NCBI GenBank assembly: GCA_963701665.1
Contig: OY969622.1
Coordinates: forward strand, 1,248,001-1,312,000
Length of the DNA: 64,000 bases
Source of the DNA: Candidatus Babeliales bacterium
Lineage (GTDB): Bacteria; Babelota; Babeliae; Babelales; JANWKD01
Direction of reading: 5' to 3'
This document shows positions 39,967 through 48,201 of the stretch, piece by piece. Every line of letters starts with the position of its first letter. Positions within the stretch are counted from its first letter, which is position 1. A program made the position numbers and the translations under genes. The notes under the pieces are model-generated. The model saw only the letters and a program-made list of their open reading frames with translations, ran no database searches and was not told where the DNA came from.

Positions 39967-40512
39967 ATGATTATAAAAAAAGCTTTCTTTTGCTTCATAA
40001 TGTTAATGTCATGTTCTTTCACTTCACTTAGCATGCAAAAACCCAAGGTTAGATATTGCATCACGTTCAAAAAAGATGATGAACAGCCGGGCAGATATCA
40101 AGATCTAAAAACATTAGACCAGTTAGAAACAATGGCACGAAAATCATTCATCAGTTTACAAAAACAAAAGTATGTCCTATCTTCTGACGCCTTTTCAAGA
40201 TTAAACGAAGCAAAAAAACAGTTTAACGGCAGTGAAGAAATCACTATTGATAAAGACATAATCAAAGATTTTCTTTCTTTTATCATGGTCGATGGCGGCC
40301 GCGTAGAATTTTGGAAATTTCCTGATGGGACAATTGTAGACTTGAATGTTAAGTTAATTGATAGCCGGGAAGGAAGTATTTTCATAGAAGGTCCAATACT
40401 TAATATTGCGCGCGAAGCAAAATTTGTCACCCAGAAACCTAATGTTCAACAAATGCCTCAAGAAGAAAACAAAAACTCATCATGGTGGCAAAAGCAATGT
40501 TCCCTGCAGTAA
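39967..40512 (+). CDS. Hypothetical secreted protein ending in a CaaX box
   Basis: Signal peptide; C-terminus ...QKQCSLQ-stop. Confidence 0.7.
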   Translation: MIIKKAFFCFIMLMSCSFTSLSMQKPKVRYCITFKKDDEQPGRYQDLKTLDQLETMARKSFISLQKQKYVLSSDAFSRLNEAKKQFNGSEEITIDKDIIKDFLSFIMVDGGRVEFWKFPDGTIVDLNVKLIDSREGSIFIEGPILNIAREAKFVTQKPNVQQMPQEENKNSSWWQKQCSLQ

Positions 40513-40579
40513 ATAGAGCTTAAAAACCGCAAAATTTGATTTGACCTATATCCCAGCAAATGCGTATTGAAAACGAAAT

Positions 40580-40680
40580 TGTCATTGCAAGCGAATGCGT
40601 GGCAATCCAATTATAAAATTAGTTCCTTTAAGCAATTAATTAAAGTTTGGATCCCCACGGCTAAAGCCTCGGGATGACGT
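40580..40680. repeat. REP/RPE-like two-armed palindromic unit (intact)
   Basis: TGTCATTGCAAGC...GTGGCAATCC-spacer-GGATCCCCACGG...CTCGGGATGACG between convergent genes. Confidence 0.8.
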
Positions 40681-40713
40681 CCTTGGGTTTATTGTAAGTT
40701 CATCGAGTTCGCG

Positions 40714-41736
40714 TTAAAAAATATCTAAGCTTAAATCCGAAAAAAGATTTTGTTGCGCACGATAATGGCCAACAAAAGCGATCATAGCAGCATTATCAGT
40801 ACAGTACTGTGCTGAAGGCGTATAAAAATTAATATTTTTTGATGAGCAAAACGTTTGCAATTCTTTTTTAAGATACTTGTTACACGCAACACCGCCAACA
40901 AAGGTGACTGCTTTTAGCTGAGGATATTCTTTTAAACAATGCTCAATTTTATGTATAAAAATATCTTCTATGCATACCAACAGTGAACTTGCAATCTTAT
41001 TTATTTCAAGCTCCGTCAATGAAGGCAGCAATGTTTTTGCTTTCAAATCATAAAATCCACGGTTTATCATATCATATAGCACCGCAGTTTTAAGCCCAGA
41101 AAAGCTAAAGTCAAAACTATGTGCCATGCTGCGTGGATATTTATAAAAATCTTCGTAATGTACCATGTGCGCGCATTTTTCTATTTCAGGCCCGCCCGGA
41201 TAGGGCAAATGCAACAGCTTTGCAATTTTATCAAATGCTTCACCGGCAGCATCATCGAGCGTTGATCCTAATACCGTGTATTCACCGTAGTTATGCATAA
41301 GATAAAGTGACGTGTGTCCACCGGATGCTGTTAAGCACAGATGCGGAAATGGTACATCATGCTCAATAGATGCAGAAAACGCGTGTCCTTCTAGATGATT
41401 TATGCCAATGATTTTTTTTTGTTTTGCAAATGCGAGCGCTTTTGCAAATGAGAGCCCGATCAACAATGCACCCGATAAACCCGGCTTGCTCGTAACGGCA
41501 ATAACATCCACGTCGTCGAGCGTTGTTGCAGCTGTTGCGAGTGCTTCTTCTATAATATTAGTAATTTTTTCTAAATGCGTGCGCGAAGCAACTTCTGGAA
41601 CCACGCCGCCATATTTTTTTTGGAGTTCAACTTGGGTAAAGAGTACATTTGAAAGAACCCCTTTGCGCGTGTGATAAATAGCAGCTGCCGTTTCATCACA
41701 AGATGTTTCAATACCTAATACAGTGAATTCTTTCAT
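40714..41736 (-). CDS. tsaD: tRNA N6-threonylcarbamoyltransferase TsaD
   Basis: LGIETSCDET, NHLEGH, SGGHT, DDAAGEAFDK, TDNAAMI. Confidence 0.97.
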   Translation of the reverse strand: MKEFTVLGIETSCDETAAAIYHTRKGVLSNVLFTQVELQKKYGGVVPEVASRTHLEKITNIIEEALATAATTLDDVDVIAVTSKPGLSGALLIGLSFAKALAFAKQKKIIGINHLEGHAFSASIEHDVPFPHLCLTASGGHTSLYLMHNYGEYTVLGSTLDDAAGEAFDKIAKLLHLPYPGGPEIEKCAHMVHYEDFYKYPRSMAHSFDFSFSGLKTAVLYDMINRGFYDLKAKTLLPSLTELEINKIASSLLVCIEDIFIHKIEHCLKEYPQLKAVTFVGGVACNKYLKKELQTFCSSKNINFYTPSAQYCTDNAAMIAFVGHYRAQQNLFSDLSLDIF

Positions 41737-42572
41737 GAATTAAGGATGTATCGGTTTAAAGGATTCTGCACGGTTATAGTGCGATTTTGTGCAATAGCTG
41801 CAATCGTTTTGGTTGGCTTTTTATGAATGCATTTAAAATCAAGCAGTGCGCATACCATTCGTGCACCTACTGCGTGTAATGTTTTTTCATCAATTTCATC
41901 ACGAAACTTCAATGTAGGCAATGGCACTGTTGCATCATCAGGACGCCATGACTCAGTAACTACCTCAACAAAAGTCGGATTCATAAGAAAGATAAGGGTG
42001 TTATCAGGAAGTACAGGAAGTATCATTTCAGGATCATTTTTTCGAGCGTCATCTTTCTTATCAAGCTGCTCATTATTCTTATTGTTATCTTTGGTATCAG
42101 ATGGGTCTTGAGAACTATCCTGATCCTTTTTTTCCATCTTGGTAATTTCCCAATATTCTATTTTCTCACCAGGATTTAATGGCACTGAAGTGCCTGTTTG
42201 GTGTTCATCAACTATTGTTTTTATCGTCGACATGCGTTTGACATGATAAAAAGCATAGGGATGTTGATCAGATGTTTCAAGATGAGCAAAATCATTTGCG
42301 TTCGGTCTTTTTAAATATTCGGTAATAAGAATATAAAATTCGCAGCATACACGATCATCATAAAGTTCATAGGTTGCTCTGCGGGGAATACGCGTATCAT
42401 GTTTATCAACATCAACACAATGCTCACCACCTTTATAGAGTAATGATGGCATAGGAGGCGCGCATTCAATGCATGGAGGGAATTGGATCTTACCCACATA
42501 CATGGTTTGGCTACCAAACATAGTAAAACTTTGAAGCAAGAGAATAAGCATCAATTTTTTTTGAATGAACAT
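41733..42572 (-). CDS. Hypothetical exported protein
   Basis: 279-aa ORF with signal-like leader, overlapping the tsaD start. Confidence 0.7.
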   Translation of the reverse strand: MFIQKKLMLILLLQSFTMFGSQTMYVGKIQFPPCIECAPPMPSLLYKGGEHCVDVDKHDTRIPRRATYELYDDRVCCEFYILITEYLKRPNANDFAHLETSDQHPYAFYHVKRMSTIKTIVDEHQTGTSVPLNPGEKIEYWEITKMEKKDQDSSQDPSDTKDNNKNNEQLDKKDDARKNDPEMILPVLPDNTLIFLMNPTFVEVVTESWRPDDATVPLPTLKFRDEIDEKTLHAVGARMVCALLDFKCIHKKPTKTIAAIAQNRTITVQNPLNRYILNS

Positions 42573-42689
42573 ACTGATGATCCCTTTTACAAAAATAACG
42601 TTATTAATGCTAGTATATAGGTATAGAATACTGTAAAAGAAATCTTTTTAAAACTAATACCTTTTATTGCCCCTCATTGAGGATTTTTT

Positions 42690-43916
42690 ATGAAAAACCA
42701 AAGTCACCTTGATACCAAGATTCAAGCACTCATGGATCAAGAAAAAAAGCGTCAGAAAGAAACGATCGATCTCATTGCATCGGAAAATTATGTTGATAAA
42801 GAAATCCTTGAAGCCATGGGCTCCGTTTTGACCAACAAATACGCTGAAGGATATCCTGGTAAACGCTATTATAGCGGATGTGCATTTGTTGATGAGATAG
42901 AAATTATTGCTCAAGAACGGTGTAAAGAATTATTCGGCGCTGAACATGCTAACGTACAACCACACGCTGGATCGCAAGCAAATATGGCAGTTTATTTTGC
43001 CTGTTTACAACCAGGTGATCTTATTATGGGCATGAGTTTAGCAGAAGGTGGCCATCTGACACACGGCCATGCGGTCAACTTTTCTGGTTCTCTCTACCGT
43101 TCCGTGCAGTACACGGTTGATAAAGAATCAGAACAACTTGATTATGATGCTATTGAAAAAATCGCCCAAGAACATAAACCAAAATTAATTATTGCAGGTG
43201 CTTCGGCATATTCACGCATCATTGATTTTGAACGTTTTTCAGCAATTGCCAAAAAAGTAGGCGCTTTGTTTCTGGCTGATATTGCTCATATTGCAGGATT
43301 AGTTGCCGCACAGCTTCATCCAAGTCCAGTACCTTATGCTGATTTTGTCTCAAGCACCACGCACAAAACATTACGAGGGCCTCGCGGTGGGCTTGTTATG
43401 TGCAAAAATGCACACGCGCAAAATCTTGATCGCGCGATTATGCCCGGATCGCAAGGCGGTCCTTTCATGAATATGATTGCCGCAAAAGCGATCGCATTTC
43501 ATCAAGCATTACAACCCTCGTTCAAAGATTACCAAAAAAAGATTATAGAAAACGCTCAACTGATGGCTTCACTATTTTTAGATCTTCAATATCGCATTGT
43601 TGCTGGCGGCACCGATAATCATTTATTTGTGCTTGATCTGCGCAGTAAAAATGTTTCGGGCCGAGCGGCAGAAGTCGCCTTAGAAAAAGCGGGCATTACC
43701 GTCAGCAGAAGTTGCATCCCTTTTGATCCTGCAAAACCATGGATAACGAGTGGCATTCGCCTTGGCACACCCGCCATAACAACACGAGGCATCACGGAAA
43801 ATACTATTAGATTATTGGTTGAATATATCGATGAAGTATTAAAAAATCATGAAAATGAAAACGCACTCGCTGCCATTAATGAAAAAATAAAAAAATTAAC
43901 GCGCGATTTGGCATAG
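42690..43916 (+). CDS. glyA: Serine hydroxymethyltransferase
   Basis: LIASEN, NKYAEGYPG, GGHLTHG, TTHKTLRGPRGG. Confidence 0.98.
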   Translation: MKNQSHLDTKIQALMDQEKKRQKETIDLIASENYVDKEILEAMGSVLTNKYAEGYPGKRYYSGCAFVDEIEIIAQERCKELFGAEHANVQPHAGSQANMAVYFACLQPGDLIMGMSLAEGGHLTHGHAVNFSGSLYRSVQYTVDKESEQLDYDAIEKIAQEHKPKLIIAGASAYSRIIDFERFSAIAKKVGALFLADIAHIAGLVAAQLHPSPVPYADFVSSTTHKTLRGPRGGLVMCKNAHAQNLDRAIMPGSQGGPFMNMIAAKAIAFHQALQPSFKDYQKKIIENAQLMASLFLDLQYRIVAGGTDNHLFVLDLRSKNVSGRAAEVALEKAGITVSRSCIPFDPAKPWITSGIRLGTPAITTRGITENTIRLLVEYIDEVLKNHENENALAAINEKIKKLTRDLA

Positions 43917-43928
43917 AATTTGGCATAG

Positions 43929-43965
43929 AAAATGAGGGCACTCATCGCGATGTGCCCTCGTTTTT
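43929..43965. terminator. Bidirectional terminator-like hairpin
   Basis: AAAATGAGGGCAC...GTGCCCTCGTTTTT between convergent genes. Confidence 0.7.
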
Positions 43966-43969
43966 AATT

Positions 43970-44731
43970 TTATGCTGTTTGCGCTGCTTTTTTACGTTTC
44001 TTTGCTGCTTTTTTCTTTTGTTTTTCTGCGCGCATTTTTTTGGGATGTGTTTTTTTCGTTTTGCTTTGATTCTTTTTCTTTTTTTCCTCGCTCATTTTAG
44101 CTCTTTTTGCTCGCTTTTCATGCATTCTTTGCGCACGTTTTGAAGTAGCGAGGGAACCAGCCGTTGCTCCTGCTGCGCCCGCCGCGCCAGCCGCTACTGC
44201 GCCGCCGCGCGTTCCTGATGACGTTGTTTGCGCAGCACCCGAAGTGTTTTCACCTCCCATTGCATTTTCGATCGTTTGCAACCAGCCACTCGACTTTGTT
44301 TTTGCTGGTTCGGCAGCTGTTGGGTGCACTGCTGCGCGCGCTGAAGATTTTTTAGATCCACCACCACCACGAGGGTTAATATGCAATCCAATGACGCCCA
44401 TCGCGCGTTCTGCATAATTATGGGCAGCTTGCATGTGGTTTCCCTTTTTCTGCGCAATATCTTCATACGAATTAATAATGGAACGTGCTAATGCACTCGT
44501 TTTTGGATTATCCAATTTTTTTGATTTTCTGTTGGTACCATACATTCTATTATTAAGCTCTCCACGAAGGTTGCCCTCTAATTTTCTGCGTTCTTTATAA
44601 TTGAGTGGCGAAGCTTTTAATTCGTTTTTGAGGCTATTTATGTGGCCTTGAACAAGATTTTCTTTTGCATAACTTTTAGTAAAACCCAAAAGCAATACCG
44701 TAAAAATAATACGTACACAGCACTTGCGCAT
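43970..44731 (-). CDS. Secreted protein with Lys/Arg/Ala-rich histone-H1-like tail
   Basis: Signal peptide; C-terminal KKKKNQSKTKK...KKKAAKKRKKAA. Confidence 0.7.
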   Translation of the reverse strand: MRKCCVRIIFTVLLLGFTKSYAKENLVQGHINSLKNELKASPLNYKERRKLEGNLRGELNNRMYGTNRKSKKLDNPKTSALARSIINSYEDIAQKKGNHMQAAHNYAERAMGVIGLHINPRGGGGSKKSSARAAVHPTAAEPAKTKSSGWLQTIENAMGGENTSGAAQTTSSGTRGGAVAAGAAGAAGATAGSLATSKRAQRMHEKRAKRAKMSEEKKKKNQSKTKKTHPKKMRAEKQKKKAAKKRKKAAQTA

Positions 44732-44907
44732 CCTATCTCCTTTTTAAAAAAATTGTACTATTTGTTCCATGCTAGGCAAACACAATGCAGCATTGCAATA
44801 TTTTTTTGTAAACGATCATCACTATTAGTCATAAGTTCCTACAAAAAATCTAGATTTTTTTATTTAAAACATGATAACGTAGGAAAAGTATAGAAAAGAG
44901 GAAACAT

Positions 44908-45117
44908 ATGAAGAAATTAATTATCGCCTTTATTGCATCTATTCCTATCGCAGTGCTCAAACCAATGGAAGATAAAGCTGCTGTTGGTCTTAAGAAAATC
45001 AAAGCAACACAACAAGAACAAACAAAAAATAACAAATCATCTTCTCATATAAGAGATCAAGAATGCTTTTTTTGCGGCCACACAGATTGCGATAATCTCA
45101 GAAGGCTTAAAGAATGA
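44908..45117 (+). CDS. Small putative secreted protein
   Basis: GAGG RBS, MKKLII leader, CFFCGHTDC. Confidence 0.55.
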   Translation: MKKLIIAFIASIPIAVLKPMEDKAAVGLKKIKATQQEQTKNNKSSSHIRDQECFFCGHTDCDNLRRLKE

Positions 45118-45521
45118 CTATGAAAAAAATATATTTTTTGATTATTACTTTTTCTTTGGTAACAAGTGTCCAAGCAGCACATAAAAAGAAGCCAAAAACA
45201 CCACCGGTCACTATCCCTGGCAAAGTAACCCCAAATTCATCATCACCAAGTTCTGGAAGTTATACGAGTGGTTGGGACCAAACACCACGCTCATGGGACA
45301 CAGACAAAAATGATGGGAACCTTACTGAAGCTTTGGCTGATGTGACAAGTGAGACTGATCAAGAAGGTCACCTTCGGTTTGTTTCTCCACTCACATCTCC
45401 GCGCGGTGACAATGATGAAGGACCTACACAAAAAAAATCTTGTTGTACCAAATTCTTTTGTTATTTCTGTTGTTGCTGTCGCAAAAAAAAGACATCTTCA
45501 GAATATGCAGCAATCTCTTAA
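45114..45521 (+). CDS. Secreted low-complexity protein with Cys-string tail
   Basis: Signal peptide; SCCTKFFCYFCCCCRKKK. Confidence 0.65.
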   Translation: MTMKKIYFLIITFSLVTSVQAAHKKKPKTPPVTIPGKVTPNSSSPSSGSYTSGWDQTPRSWDTDKNDGNLTEALADVTSETDQEGHLRFVSPLTSPRGDNDEGPTQKKSCCTKFFCYFCCCCRKKKTSSEYAAIS

Positions 45522-45653
45522 TTGCGTTAATTAATTCATGAACATTTCATCTCAAAATAAAGTTTCTTATTAATTTTCTAATTCTATATATTTTTTTAAA
45601 AAAAAATTATACGATCATTAAAAAAGTAGTAGCTAACAAAAAAGGGAAGATTT

Positions 45654-48185
45654 ATGAAGCTATCTCTTCATTTAAAGTATCTTTTTATACTTAGTTTTTT
45701 AAATTTTTATGCGTGCGAAATGTTGACATTTCCAGCACATAGTATTGATAATCAACATTCCTCTTCTTATGCTAATCTTCTAATTCCAGAAGAAGAATTC
45801 CTCATTAATGACGAATTCAAAGAGTTCATAAAAGAATATGTTGAAAGAACACGTAATACAACAGACGAAGAGACTCTTTCGATTGGATTACGCAACTGCT
45901 ATAAAAAAATCATTGAAACACCAACGTGTACAACATTACCACTCAATGATCTCATAGATGCATTTCCCGAATTAGTAACAGAATTAGAGAATCAAATCAA
46001 ATCTCCTCGTCCTGCAACGAGTAATCTCCATGCTATTGTCGGTGATAGTACAATTGACTTTACGACTATTATGAGCTTATTGGCACAGCTACAATATCTT
46101 ATCAATCAACTGATTTTACAACAAGCAGCTTGTTGCAACCAGATATTTATTGATTTCCAACAAACATGGACTATTATTGCCAATCTTATTACTCCTACAG
46201 CTATCGTTGATCTTTCTGGCGTATTTACTGCACTCAATGCTTGTTGCAATAATATAAACTCAGAATTCCAACAAACATGGACTATTCTTGCTAACCTTAA
46301 CACAACAGCTACCGTTGACCTTTCTCCTGTATTTACCGCACTCAATGCTTGTTGCAATAACATAACCTCAGAGTTCCAACAAACATGGACCATTATTGCT
46401 AATCTTAATACTACAGCTACTGTTGACCTTTCTCCCGTATTTACCGCACTGAATGCATGTTGCAATAATATAAACTCAGAATTTCAACAAACATGGACCA
46501 TCTTAGCTGCCGGTTTCAATGGAACTTTCAGTGAAATTAATAGTTGTTGCACAAACATAACTTCTGAGTTTCAGCAGACATGGACTATTCTTGCTAACCT
46601 TGCTATAACAGCTACTGCTGATCTTTCTGGCGTATTTACTGCACTGAATGCCTGTTGCAATAATATAAACTCAGAATTCCAACAAACATGGACTATTTTA
46701 GCTGCCGGTTTCAATGGAACTTTCAGTAGTATTGCCACCCTTACTAACGATTTCGAGGCAACATGGACCATCTTAGCTGCAGGGTTTAATGGCACATGGA
46801 CCATATTAAATGCCGACTTTGATGCGACATGGACTATTTTAGCTGCTGATTTTGATGGAACTTTCAGCATGTTAAATGTGTTAATTCAAAATGATTGCAA
46901 TCCAACTATGATCACACAAGCAAGCTTCGGTGCAAGTGGTGGTACTCAGTATGTTATTTCAACGCCAGGTGTTTACAAATTTGGCAGCAATATTATCTTC
47001 ACGCCAGCTTCAGCAACTTCAGCTATTCTTATTGCCACTTCGGGCGTCACTTTAGATCTGCAATGCTTCACAATTAGTCAAGGAAATGTCGTAACAGGCG
47101 TAAATGCTATCCTTGTTGATACTGGATTAACTGGTGTTTATATTAGAAATGGCATGATAGAAAATTTCACACGCGCTGGAATCTCATTCCAAGGAGACAA
47201 TACGAATGTCGGGATTGATAATACTAACATCGTGTCATGTGCAACTCGTGGTATCGAGCTCCTTTCCACAGGAGTCTCGAGTCAAGACATGACCATTGCA
47301 AATTGTAATATATATAACTGTTCTCAAGGAAGTAGTGCCGATTTTCCGGTTGAGTTACAATTATGTCAAGAATGCAACATACTGAATTGTAATTTTACCG
47401 GAAATGGCAATCAGTCAAATACTATCACCGTGCTCAATATGAGTGGCTGCCTTGACTGTGAGGTAACCAATATTACTATGTATGAAAATATTGGCTCTAT
47501 CTTCAATGGCATAACTTTAGACACTACTTGTTCTTATAATAATTTCACCAATTGCATAATAATAAATAATCAAAGTGTATTATCGACTGGCACCTGTTCA
47601 GCAATTAATATTAATGGAGCTAACGGTAATGCTTTTAACTATTGTGTCGCTAATAATAATCACGCTCTCAATAATGGCACCATCAACGCCATCTGGCTTC
47701 AAGGTATTGCGCCGAATAACAATACGTTTAGCTTATGTATAGCAGCCTTTAACACAGGCGGAATCAGTTACGGCTTTTATCTCAGTAGTGGTTCTTATAA
47801 TAACCTCCTCTATTGCCAAGCCAATGAAAATGTAGGATCTGTAACCTCAGCTGGATTTAATTGTAATGCCACGGATACGTTGTTTGATAATGGTATAGCA
47901 TTAGCTAATGCCGCAAATCAAACATTTGGCTTCAATATTTCAGCAGGTAGTTGTGTCATTAAGGATTGTCTCGCTGCATTTAATGTAGGTCCTCACGGCA
48001 GCAATGGTTTTGGGTTTAATAATACGAGCGCTGAATATCTATTCTATAGAAATGTAGCCTATGAGAATAACACTCAATTTAACGGAATAGCAGCAGGAGC
48101 TATAACAGTGCCCATAGGGTCACCTGCATCACAAAACCTTAACACTGTTACTGGACCATGGACTAATGTATCAGTTGCAAGCTAA
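45654..48185 (+). CDS. Exported protein with Cys-Cys coiled-coil-like repeats and right-handed beta-helix
   Basis: Six CCxxIxxxFQQTWT repeats; ISTPGVY...VTLDL followed by Asn/Cys-rich beta-helix-type repeats. Confidence 0.8.
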   Translation: MKLSLHLKYLFILSFLNFYACEMLTFPAHSIDNQHSSSYANLLIPEEEFLINDEFKEFIKEYVERTRNTTDEETLSIGLRNCYKKIIETPTCTTLPLNDLIDAFPELVTELENQIKSPRPATSNLHAIVGDSTIDFTTIMSLLAQLQYLINQLILQQAACCNQIFIDFQQTWTIIANLITPTAIVDLSGVFTALNACCNNINSEFQQTWTILANLNTTATVDLSPVFTALNACCNNITSEFQQTWTIIANLNTTATVDLSPVFTALNACCNNINSEFQQTWTILAAGFNGTFSEINSCCTNITSEFQQTWTILANLAITATADLSGVFTALNACCNNINSEFQQTWTILAAGFNGTFSSIATLTNDFEATWTILAAGFNGTWTILNADFDATWTILAADFDGTFSMLNVLIQNDCNPTMITQASFGASGGTQYVISTPGVYKFGSNIIFTPASATSAILIATSGVTLDLQCFTISQGNVVTGVNAILVDTGLTGVYIRNGMIENFTRAGISFQGDNTNVGIDNTNIVSCATRGIELLSTGVSSQDMTIANCNIYNCSQGSSADFPVELQLCQECNILNCNFTGNGNQSNTITVLNMSGCLDCEVTNITMYENIGSIFNGITLDTTCSYNNFTNCIIINNQSVLSTGTCSAININGANGNAFNYCVANNNHALNNGTINAIWLQGIAPNNNTFSLCIAAFNTGGISYGFYLSSGSYNNLLYCQANENVGSVTSAGFNCNATDTLFDNGIALANAANQTFGFNISAGSCVIKDCLAAFNVGPHGSNGFGFNNTSAEYLFYRNVAYENNTQFNGIAAGAITVPIGSPASQNLNTVTGPWTNVSVAS

Positions 48186-48201
48186 CAATAAAGGAAGATT
48201 A

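Noticed and set aside
43906..43930. Short direct repeat ATTTGGCATAGA at the glyA stop
   Set aside because: Only two copies; likely local slippage with no associated element
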